Assembly: GCA_000004695.1 (NCBI GenBank)
Contig: CM000153.2
Coordinates: 3,520,001 to 3,584,000, forward strand
Length of the DNA: 64,000 nucleotides
Source of the DNA: Dictyostelium discoideum
Taxonomy: Eukaryota
Reading direction: 5' to 3'
The notes under the pieces were generated by a model that saw only the letters and a program-made list of their open reading frames with translations, searched no databases and was not told where the DNA came from. The position numbers were made by a program, and so were the translations under genes. Positions 13,871 through 25,566 of the stretch are shown piece by piece; within the stretch, counting starts at the first letter, position 1, and each line of letters starts with the position of its first letter.

Positions 13871-14521
13871 ATGAAAAGGATAATAACAATAATAAATTAT
13901 TTATTTTTAATTTTATTATTATTATTATTATCATTCATAAATTTAACATTTTCATTTAATATTGTAAATATAGAAGATTTTAAAATTGTAAATAATAATG
14001 AAAATTTAAATTATATATTCCCAAAACCAAAATTTGTAACATTTCAAGCATCAAGAGGTGATCCAAAGAATATAAACGAATTTGATGCAAAAAGACCTTT
14101 TATAGAATTAACAAACGAAACGAAAATTAAATTTCAAAATGATGAAAAATCATCATCATCATCACAAAATAAAAAACATTGGAATGAAAATGATATAGAA
14201 CATATTAAAAAATATTATCAATATTTATTTAAAGTTTATCCAATTAGAGAACAATCAAATATATTTAAAGATATAATAATTAATAATAAAAATAACTATG
14301 AGAATACCACTGGTACGACCTACACAATTGAAATCATTAAAACTCCAACTCTATCTGAAAAAGATTATAAATCAACACACAAAAATACAATCCCATTTGG
14401 GTCAAATGAAAACTACGAACTCCTATCATCACAATATGGTATTACAATTTATGTAAATTCAAAATTTGGTGTTTTACATGCACTAAAATCATTATTTCAA
14501 TCTGGTAATTTAGTTTTATCA

Positions 14522-14582
<61 letters not shown>

Positions 14583-15958
14583 GAATTAAGAAATTATATT
14601 TTTATAATTATCCATTTTCAATTGTTGATAAACCAAGATTAAATTATCGTGGTCTTTTAATTGATACTGGTAGACATTATCTAAGTGTAGAATATATTAA
14701 GGAAATCATTACATCAATGTCATTATTAAAAATGAATGCTTTACATTGGCATATAACTGATGATCAATCATTCCCATTAGAAATACCTGAATATCCATTA
14801 CTTTATAGAAAAGGTTCAAATCATTTAGGTTATATACATAATTTTATTTCAACAACAACAACAAGCAATAATAATAAAACAAATGAAGAAGAACAAAAAA
14901 AACAAAAACAACATTTAAATTATTATAAATTAAGAGACATTAAAGAGATTATTAAACATGGTGAATTTATGGGTGTTAGAATTATACCAGAGATTGATTT
15001 ACCAGGTCATACATTATCATGGGGTAAAGCATATCCGGAATTGGTTTGTTCATGTCCAAATTATTTAGAAAAGAGAAGAAATCCAATAAATGGTGAATAT
15101 ACATTCTCTGCACCATTAGATCCATCAAATGATTTAGTTTACACTATGATTGAATCAATTTTAAAAACTGTTAAATCAGTATTCACTGATCCATACCTAC
15201 ATTTAGGATTTGATGAAATTCCATTTGATTGTTGGATTGAAAATTCAGAATTAGTAACTAAAATGTTTCAAAAATATAATTTATCATCACCTTCAAAATA
15301 TTTATCTTTTTTTTTAAAAAAAGTTAATCAAATTTTATCAAATTTAAAAACAAATAATAATGATAATTCAATATTAATGTGGGAAGATATTATACCAATG
15401 TTAGATTCAATTGATCAAGATGAATATTTATTAAATAATGATGATGATGATAAACGAGATATAATATTTCAATTATGGAAAGGTAGAGATGAATATGATA
15501 GATTCTTATTAAAAAATAAGAAACCATTTATTTATAGTTTTGGTAATTATTTAGATCCATCATATCAATCATGTAATACATTCTCTGAATGTTTATTTAA
15601 ACAACAAGAATTAATTGAAGAATTTGAAAAGAGTAAATTATTAATTGGTATGGAAGCTTGTGCTTGGGAGATGATACCATATGGTGATATTAAATCAATT
15701 GAAAAAGATGGTATCTCAAAACATGATAGAGGTTATCCCGATAGAGTTTGGTCAAGATTATTAGGTATCGCTGAGAAAATGTGGTTTAAACCAATCTTTT
15801 CTTTCAATGAAACTGAAAATAAACAATTAACCCAATCAATTAAAGATCAAATTAAAGAAAACTCAATTACACGTGCAAAATATTTTATTAAAATTTTAGA
15901 TTTAATCATTCAAAATCAAAATTTAATTGATTCTTCAAAATTAAATAAAATTATTTAA
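13871..15958 (+). CDS. Beta-N-acetylhexosaminidase (glycoside hydrolase family 20), secreted/lysosomal. Single exon, 695 aa.
   Basis: N-terminal signal peptide MKRIITIINYLFLILLLLLLSF. GH20 catalytic-core motifs HWHITDDQSFP, RIIPEIDLPGHTLSW and LHLGFDE. Contains a 20-residue poly-N insert encoded by (AAT)n at 14521-14580. Confidence 0.9.
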
Positions 15959-16199
15959 AAATAAAATAAAATAAAAAAAAAAAAATAAAAAAAAAAATTT
16001 TCTCATTATTATTGTTATTAATAAAACAATTTGAGATATTTTTTTTTTTTTTTAAAAATCTTTTTTTTATTTTTTTTTTGTATTTCTTTTTTTTGTATTT
16101 TTTTGTATTTTTTTTTATTTTTTTTTTTTTATTCTTCTTTCTCTTCTTTGGTTGTGTGTTATTTAAATCTTTTTTTTTTTTATTATTATTTTTTTTTTT

Positions 16200-17509
16200 T
16201 TAAAATGATGATGAATTTCCAGAACCAATCTTATATGCAACTACAGTGGTATGATCCATTTTACCTGGATATTCTCTATAATCATTTGGTTGTTTTTTAT
16301 TTGGGAACTAAAAAAAAATAATAATAATAAAGAGGTAGAAAAAAAAAAAAAATTTGGTTAGTAATTTTGAGTTTTTTTTTTTTTTTTTTTTTTTGATTTA
16401 AAAAAAAAAGTATAGTTTACCTCTTGCATAAATTCTCTAGCATTTTTAGTAACAGTTGAACAATGATCAATAATTTTATTTGTGATATCAGTTGGAGAAA
16501 TTTTTTCATCAGGATTATTAAAGATCATTTCTTCGAGTAATGATTTCATGAATTGAGTTTTAGCACGTAATAAATCATCTTGAGGAAGATCTTCCCAACC
16601 TTTAGCGTCAATGTTTACTTCATCAGGCGTTTTACCTAACATTATTGGATCCAAATTATCATGAACACCATCGGAAACGATTAATGCTATATCATTCTCT
16701 TCGCAAAATGTAAAGTATAATTTCAAATTTCTAAGATCAGGCCAACCTTGACCAACGTATGGTCCTAATCTTCCACCTGGGTCTCTTGTATCACTTAAAT
16801 TACATCTATTACCATTGGTTACATCTGTTGCTTCCTTACGTTTATGTGATACTAAAAAAGCTTTACAATCACCTACACTAGCGCATAAGAATCCCCATTT
16901 TGGTGATGATTGATTACCACTACTACCACTACCATTACCATTACCATTACCATTACTACTACCACTACCATTGCTAATAACTTCTTCCCCATTTTCATCT
17001 TTATTTGATGAAGATGATGATGAAGGTTGTTGTTGTTGTTGTTCAAATTCCAATACTAAACCACCTAATAAAGTTGTTGTACCTGCTTCCCAAATATCAG
17101 GTTTACCCTCTACAATTTTATTATGAGCTTCACAAAATGCTCTCAATAGGAAATGACCTGCATCTTGTAGTGTATTGATTTCATTTTGTCTTTCGTTGAA
17201 ATACTCTGCAAAGGCTGCAATTGCATCCCTTGCTGCCATTGCTGGTCTTTTACCCCAATTACAGCCATCTGCGATCGCTAATACTGCCCTATTTTTATGT
17301 ACTTGAACGAATAATTTATCTGCTATCGGATCACCATCTTTTTCACCTCCAGGTAGTGTTGGATAGGTACTGATTGAACGGGTTGATAAAAATGGTTGAT
17401 CCGAATCACTATCGACTTGAATTGATTGAGTTGAACTCTTTAAATTGGTAACATTGAAATGTGGTAATTGATCATATTGTAATACAACAATTGGCACACC
17501 TAACGTCAT
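16200..17509 (-). CDS. Divergent PPM/PP2C-like protein phosphatase. Exon complement(16421..17509) plus a tentative terminal exon complement(16200..16307).
   Basis: ORF 16358..17509 has PP2C-like blocks: AVLAIADGCNWG (compare DGHGG), GTTTLLGG, CASVGDCKAFLV and ALIVSDGVHDNLDP. A GTAAAC donor after ..AREFMQE (16420) and a TTTTTTTTTAG acceptor (16308) would splice to an in-frame 35-codon exon FPNKKQPNDYREYPGKMDHTTVVAYKIGSGNSSSF*. Otherwise the ORF ends in a poly-K tail. Contains an internal (GNG/GSS)n linker. Confidence 0.7.
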
Positions 17510-17553
17510 TTTTTTATTTTATATATAAAATTTATTGATTTCTATCTGTGTTT

Positions 17554-17584
<31 letters not shown>

Positions 17585-17963
17585 GGTTTTACTATTATAA
17601 TACAATATATATATTTATTTATTTATGTGGTGTGTGTTTTTTTTTTTTTTTTGATTTGATAAAAAAAATTTCTTTTTTTTTTTTTTTTTTAAATTATTTA
17701 ATGTAGAAAAGAAATAAAAAAAAAAAAAATAGTTAGTTTTTTTTTTCTTCCTTTAATCTCTAATTAGACTACTATTTTTACAAAATTTATATAATTATAT
17801 ATAAATAACTATTTTAACAACGACAACCAACAACTTTTTTGTTGTTTTTTTTTTTTTTTTATTATTGGTTTAATAAAAAAAAAAAAATTAAAAAAAAAAA
17901 AAAAAAAATTCAAAAAAAAAAAAAAAAAAAAAATTTTAAAAAAAAAATTCAAAAAAAAAAAAT

Positions 17964-18009
<46 letters not shown>

Positions 18010-19191
18010 TTTTAATGGATTTTAGTTAAAACCTAGGTTTTAAGTTTTCAATGATATTTTTTCCTTGGTCATTTTTAAAAAATTTATTCATTGTTGAATA
18101 ATTATATTTATTGAATTAATTAATTAAAACAGAAAAAAAAAAAATAATAATAATAATAATAAAAAGAATAAATAAAAAAAAAAAATAAAAAAAAAAAAAA
18201 ACAAAAAAAAGAGATAATTTGTTGTGTGAAAATCGTAATCTTTTAAAAGATATTCGTTGTAAATTTTCCCTGAAATTTTTAAAATTGTTGGATTAAAAAA
18301 AGAAGATATTTGCAATAATTTTTTTTTTTTTTTTTTTTTTTATTTTTTTTTTATTTTTTTTTTTTTTTGACAACCCAAATACATTATTGGATTCTTACCA
18401 AAAAAAAAAATAATTATTGAAAAAATAATAATAATAATTTTTTACTTGGCCAAATTGATGGGTTAGCAATAAATATTGGTGTTGTCAGTTGGTCAATCCT
18501 TTTTTTTTTTTTTTATTTTTATTTATTTTTTATTTTTTATTTTTTTTTTTTTTTTTCACAATTTCCATATCAACCAAATAATGACTATTCAAAAATAATT
18601 CAAAAAAAAACATCAACAGTTGTCAATGAAATAGATAGTAGCAGGAAGAGTGATTGCTTTTAAAAAAAAAAAAAAAAAAAAAAGAAAATAATAAATAAAT
18701 AAATAAATTTTAAATAAAAAAATAAAAATAAATAAAATATATAAAGTATTTATATAAATATATAAAAAAAACTAAACAAAAAAACAAAACAATTTACAAT
18801 AATTGATTTCCTATTATTTTGTTTATTTTTTTTTTTTATAGCTTTTATTTTTTTTCTAAACAGTTTTTTTTTTTTTTTTAACAGTTTTTTTTTAATTTAA
18901 TAACCAAATTAAAAATAATAATAAAAAAAAAAAAAAGAAGATTATTTTATTTATTTTTAGTGCAGATAAAATATCTAATTTTATTAAATTTTAATTAAAA
19001 TAAAAAAAATTAAAAAAAATAATAATTAAAATTTGATGTTAATTAATATAAATTAAATTGATTATTTGAATTAATTTTATAATTCTCCACAAATATTCCT
19101 AAATAATATAAAATAAGGTTAAAATTTTGAAAATTTTTGGAATTGAGCAATTAGGGACTGGCGCTGGATTTTTAGTAAAACAAAGAGAAGG

Positions 19192-19222
<31 letters not shown>

Positions 19223-20349
19223 GGGGGGGCAATGAAAATTGCGTGAAAAGATATTTTTTCAGTCAAAAATATTTTTTAGTTTGCTTCAAAAAAAGTTTTT
19301 ATTTGTATTTTCTCAAAAACAAGTTGATATTGATTTTCTACTTTTTTTTTGATTTTTTTTTATTTTGATTGACATTGTTTACCATTTTGTTTATATATTT
19401 TTTTTTTTTTTTTTTTTTGTTTAATTTTATTTTATTTATTTTTTTTATTTATTTTTTTTATTTCATTTAATTTTTATTTATTTTTTTTTTTTTTTTATTT
19501 TGCAAAGAGACAAAAAAAAAAAAAAAAAACCACTGCAAAACAGATTTTTTTTTTCAGTTTTCGTGCGATATTTATTATCTTCCAATCAGCTGATTGAAAA
19601 AAAAAAAAAATAAAAAAAAATAAAAAAAAAATATATTTTATGGTGAGGGGTTCAATTTTTTTTTATCGTCTTAAAAAAAAACTCGTTTTTAGTCTATAAA
19701 AAGATCTGTAAACAGGTTGATTATGTGAAAAAAAAAAAAAAAAAAACTATTATTCGCTAACTCATTGAGAGCTATCACAAAAAATCTGATTGATTTTTTA
19801 GTTTCTTTTTTTAAATTTTTTTTTTTTTTTTTTTTTTTTTCTCTCTTTTTTTTTCTTTTATTTTTTTTTTATTTTTTTTTTAATTTTTTTTTTTCTTTTG
19901 TTCAAAATAACCAAAAATTTTTATCATATTAATCGTCTAAATAATCTTAAAAAATATTTATTTATTTATTTAAAATATAATTAAAAATAATAATAAAATA
20001 AAATAAAATAAAAAATAATAATAATAATAATAATAATATAAATAAATAATTTTAACTTTAAATTCATTTAATTTTTTTTTTTTGATTAAATTTTCATTTT
20101 AAAAGGTAAAAACACAAAAAAGTTAAACTCCGTTTTTGGTATTTTTTTATTATTTTTTTATTTTTTTTTTCTATTATTCTTTTTATTATTGTTTTTTTTT
20201 TTTTATTATTATTATTTTTTTTTTTTTTTTCCTTTCTTTGATTACTGAAATAATCATGTGATAAAGAAAAATAATATTTTTTTTTTTTTTTTATTTTTTT
20301 TTTTTACTTTTTTCTTTTAAAAAAACATTATGAAAATAAAAATAATAAA

Positions 20350-20380
<31 letters not shown>

Positions 20381-21097
20381 TTCTATATTTAGAACATTTG
20401 ACTGTCACATAATCGTATTATTTTTATCAACACACTTCACACAAACACATAAATAAATTAATATTAAAAAAAAAAAAAATAATAATATAATAATAATAAA
20501 AATAAATAAATAAACAAGCTATGATATTATTGATAGTGAGCTTTGTTCAAAAATATTTATTTTTATATTATTTATATATATATATATTATATATATATAT
20601 ATAAATATAAATAAATAAATAAATAAATAAATAAAAAATACTATTTTTAATCTAAAAAAAAAATAAATAAATAAAAAAAAAAAAAATAAATGAAAAAAAA
20701 AAACCAACAACCAACTTCAAATAAATTAAACTGTTTTTAAAAAAGGAAGAAATACAAAACAACATTTTTTCCAAATTTAATTATTTTTTTTTTTGTTATT
20801 TTTTCAATCATTTTAACCCACCGTGTATTTTAGTATCATAAAACACACCAACCACCACACACAAGTATACTATTACTACACCACCACACGTTGTTTTTTT
20901 AATTACATTATATATAAAAAAAAATTATGCTATTTATATATACAAATATACAATAATATTTTTTTTTTTATTTTATTTTTTTTTTTAATTCTTTTTTTTT
21001 AAATTTTTAATTTTTTATTTTTTTTTTCTTTTATTCACTTTTTTTTTTTTTCCACTTTTTTTTTTTTTTTTTTTTTTATAAAGAAAACATACTAACC

Positions 21098-21132
<35 letters not shown>

Positions 21133-21731
21133 ACAATAAACAATCAAATAACACAAATACATATAATTTAAATTCAAAAAAAATAATAGAATTAAATACA
21201 GTAATTTTTTTTGTATTTTTATATCTATCATTCATACTTTAAAAAAAAAAAAACGAGTGTAAGCTTTTTTTATTTTTTTTTAAAAAATCTTTTTTTTTTT
21301 TTTTTATTTTTTTTTTATTTTTTTTTTATTTTTTTTTTTTTTTTGATTTTTTGTTTTATTTTTATTTTTTTTTTTTTTTATTTTTTTTTATTTTATTTTA
21401 TTATAAATATTAATATCTTCTGTAGCTTTAAATATATAGCCTTACTAAAAAAAAAAAAAATAAAATAAAATAAAAAAAATAAAATAAAATAAAAAATTGT
21501 ACAACAACCAAACATTCAACACACAACAAAATAAAATAAAATAAATCTTATATAGTAATCTTTTAATTCAAATATTAAAAATAAATAAATAAATAATAAT
21601 AATAATCCATAGAACATTTTAAAAAATAAAATAAAATAAAATCAAACAAACAATAACATATACTTTTAACCTTAAACAAATTGCAACTTATTTCAGCCTA
21701 TTTAAAATATATATATAAATAAATCAAAAAA

Positions 21732-22274
21732 ATGAGATTCAAGTGTTTTGGATCAGAAGAAACTGAACAAAGTTCAAAAATCGATAAAAGTATCGAAACA
21801 GATAGAAGAAAACTTAGAAAAGATGTAAAATTATTATTATTAGGTCCAGGTGAATCTGGTAAATCAACTATTTTTAAACAAATGAAGATCATTCAAGAAG
21901 ATGGTGGTTATAGTGTTGAAGAACTTTTAGAATATCGTGCATTCGTTTATTCAAATTGTATCAGTCAAATGGAAGCATTATTAACTGCATCTGCAAAATT
22001 AAATATTGAATTAGAAGTTGAAAATAAAGTAAGTTTTTATTTTATTTTTAGATTCGATTTAAATTTAAATAAAATATATTAATATATTTTTATTTTTTAT
22101 TTTTTATTTTTTATTTTTAGCAAAGAGCAGCAAATGTACTTCGTAGAACTATTGGTAATGAACCATGGTTATTATTAGCAGCTGATATTAAACACCTTTG
22201 GGAAGATAAAGGTATTAAAGAAACATATGCACAAAAAGATAAACATTTCCAATTAAACGATTCTGCTGCTTAGT

Positions 22275-22314
<40 letters not shown>

Positions 22315-22967
22315 ACCCACACACACATTGTGTAATTTTTAATTTATTAATTAATTTTTTTTAAATTTATTTTTATAGTTTCTTTGATAATATAGATAGA
22401 TATATGAGAGAAGATTTTGTACCAAATGAACAAGATGTTTTGAGATGTCGTGTTAGAACTACTGGTATACAAGAATCAGAATTTACATTTGATAAGATTA
22501 GATTAAAGATTGTAGATGTCGGTGGTCAAAGATCTCAAAGAAGAAAATGGATTCATTGTTTCGATTGTGTTACAGCAGTTATTTTCGTTGCCGCTATGAG
22601 CGATTACGATCAAGTACTTAGAGAAGATGAATCTGTAAATAGAACTAGAGAATCCTTAGCCTTATTCAAAGAGATTGTAAATTGTGATTACTTTAAAGAG
22701 ACACCAATCGTGTTATTCCTCAACAAGAAGGATCTTTTCAAGGAAAAATTAAAGAGAGTACCACTCCAATCTTGTTTCTCTGATTACACTGGTCCAAATA
22801 AATATAAAGATGCTGCCATGTTCATTCAATCACAATATCTTGCACAAGGTCCTTCACCACGTACTATCTATACTCATGCCACTTGTGCTGTCGATACTGA
22901 AAATATTAAATTTGTATTCAGAGCAGTTAGACAAACAATTTTATCTCAAGCTTTAGAACACTTCTAA
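21732..22967 (+). CDS. Heterotrimeric G-protein alpha subunit, 345 aa. Exons 21732..22028, 22121..22272 and 22379..22967.
   Basis: P-loop KLLLLGPGESGKST, switch/DVGGQR, FLNKKD and TCAVDT motifs. Two GTAAGT...TAG introns in phases 0 and 2 restore ..NDSAAY|FFDNIDRYMREDF... The N-terminus MRFKCFG lacks the Gly2 myristoylation site. It may be a developmental Dictyostelium G-alpha of gpaD type, but I cannot verify which. Confidence 0.9.
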
Positions 22968-23181
22968 AATAATCAATAGTAATCAAAAAAAACTAAAAAA
23001 AAAAAAATCAAAAAAAAAAAAAAAAAAAAACAACAACCCCCCCCTTCCAAGAAACAAAAGAATCAAAACAAACCTTGTAATAATACGAATAGTATTTATT
23101 TCAAAATTCTTTTTTTTTCCCGAACCAAAAAGCTAATCTACGTATCTCTCTTCAACGCCAACCTCAATATAAAGAAAACTT

Positions 23182-23229
<48 letters not shown>

Positions 23230-24376
23230 TAGGCTTTCATGAAAAAAAAAAAAAAAAAAAAAAAAGTTTAATTTCTCTTCAAATGGATAAATTCCAACCT
23301 TTTAAAAAAAAAAAAAAAAAAAAAATATAAATAAGAAAAAAAATTAAAAAAAAAACAAATATATAAATTTTTTTTTTTTATAGTTTCTAAATTTAATGTG
23401 TATATTACAAAAACAACTCCAGCTCATAAATAAATAAATAAATAAAATTTTTTTAAAATAAAAAAAAAAAAAACCAAACCTCTCACTGTTTCTTTTTTTT
23501 GTGTCAACTGATTTTCCAGATCACGATTATTTTTATTTTTATTTTTTTTCAGAAAATTTTTCATCCAACCAAACTCTCTTTTCAATGATTGGCCAACGGC
23601 TTACGGTCTAAAATTTGAATTTAATTTAATTTCGTAATCAGGAGTAGCCATTGGGCAACTATTCCTTTTTTTTTTTTTTATATTTTTATTTTTTATTTTT
23701 TTTCTAATCAATTTTCACCTACCCACACAAAAGGATCTATTTTTTTTTTTTTTTTTTTTTTTAATTTTTAAAATATCTGAAAAAAAAAAAAATTAAATAA
23801 AAAAAAATAATGGTAAAAATAAATTATAATAAAACAAATGAGTAATAAATACTTTTTGATTATTTAAAAACCACAAAATTTTATTAATTAATTTTTTGTG
23901 ATTGGTTGTGATAATTTAATTGGATTTAAAATGTTAATATTCCCAAAATAAAACTAAAATCTATGCACCCTGGGCCCAATCATTTTATTATGCAGGAGAA
24001 AGAATTTGACAAATTATAAATTTTATACCTTTAGTGATTGAAATTTCCAAATATTATTCAACCTGGATTTTTAAAAATATTTGGATAAAAAGATAGTTAG
24101 AGTAGATATAATAGTAATGGATTGAAACAAATTCAAAAGTTGAAAATAATAAAAGAAAAACATTCACACCATTTACTTATTTTTTCAAAACATAAATAAA
24201 CAAAAATGATAACAAATACAATTTAATTAAATTTTTTTTTTTTTTTATATTTTTATATTTTTAATTTTACTTTATTATTATTTAGTTTTATTGGATTTTT
24301 TATTAAAAAAAAAAAAAAAAAAAAAAAAGAAATTTATTTTACATGATTAATTATTTGTTTTTTTTAAATATAAAAT

Positions 24377-24642
24377 TTATTCTTCTAATATTTCTAAAAC
24401 CTTTTTCTCTTTGTTAATTAATGCCATTTGTGGTGGTTTTGATTGTTCAGGTCTAGGTGTTAATCTTTTTCTTCTTCCTTTACTTGGTTCAGTGCTTTGG
24501 TTTGATTGAGTAGCATCTTTTAGATTAATTAAATTTACTATTTTTTAATTTATAAAAATAAATATTAATATTAATTTTCTGTGTTTTCCATAGGTTTTTT
24601 TTTTTTTTTTAAACAATTACATTTGTTGAAACCAATATTCAT
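24377..24642 (-). CDS. Candidate unannotated mini-gene encoding a 60-aa basic protein, MNIGFNKLNLINLKDATQSNQSTEPSKGRRKRLTPRPEQSKPPQMALINKEKKVLEILEE. Exons complement(24621..24642) and complement(24377..24537).
   Basis: An island of ordinary codon composition sits in an otherwise poly-A/T intergenic region. An ATG exon of 22 nt is followed by a GTAATT donor, an 83-nt AT-rich intron and a TAG acceptor, then an in-frame 53-codon exon ending TAA. There is no homology I can name. Confidence 0.3.
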
Positions 24643-25214
24643 TTTACAGTTTTATTTTTATCTATATTTTATTAAACAAAACAAAAAAAAATTCTTTACT
24701 TTTTTTTTTTTTAATTTATTTGTTTTTTTTTTTTTTTATTTTTAATATTTTTATTTTATTTTATTTAAATTTTAATTTTAATTTTTATTTTTATTTTTAA
24801 AAAAAATAATGTAAAAGAGTTGCGACTAGGGGATATTAATTGTAAATCAAATATCATATATTTAATTTTTTTTATTTTTTTCCATATATTTTTCTTTTAA
24901 TAATAAAGTGAATGATTTCTTTAAAAAACCAATATTAACATTCTTATAATTATCTTTATTCTATTTATATATGTACCACACAAATAAAAAAAAAAAAATC
25001 AAAAATTAAAAAAAAAAAAAAAAAAAAATGGTTTATTGGTTTTTGTTTTTATTTAACAGATAAAATAAAAATTAATACAATAAAAAAAAAAAAACAAAAA
25101 AAAAAAACAAAAAAAAAAATAAACTTTTTAAAAGTGCATGGTTTTGAAATTCAAAATATAAAAGAGATAGCATTTTCCAAACATTTTTTTTTTCTTTTTT
25201 TTTAAAATAAAAAA

Positions 25215-25270
25215 ATATGTCAATATCACAAACATAAATAAATATGTCAATATCACAAACATAAATAATA
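25215..25270. repeat. Perfect tandem direct repeat of about 26-28 bp (atatgtcaatatcacaaacataaata x2)
   Basis: Seen directly, about 300 bp upstream of the ATG at 25567. Confidence 0.8.
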
Positions 25271-25426
25271 AAAATGGAATAATAGTAATAAAAATAATAA
25301 CAAAAATAATAATATATTGTTTTGGAAGTGGATATAATTTTAATAACCATTAGATATTAATGATTATTAATAAAAAAAAAAAAAAATCACAAATCTTAAA
25401 CCATAAAATTTTACTATCTTTACTAG

Positions 25427-25484
<58 letters not shown>

Positions 25485-25566
25485 TTTCATTTTTCAAAAA
25501 ACGACACTCCAAATTTTTTTTTTTTTTTATTTATATATAGATTGTTATTAATTTTATTCATCAAAA

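Noticed and set aside
19130-19760. GC-richer patches in the 4.2-kb divergent spacer between the PP2C-like and G-alpha genes, and at 23560-23660, 48690-48900 and 53530-53660; considered as tRNA or other ncRNA genes
   Set aside because: No cloverleaf-compatible segment with a GTTCGA/GGTTC T-loop and a 7-bp acceptor stem could be found. There is no conserved class-I RNA motif. They are left as unexplained, possibly repeat remnants.
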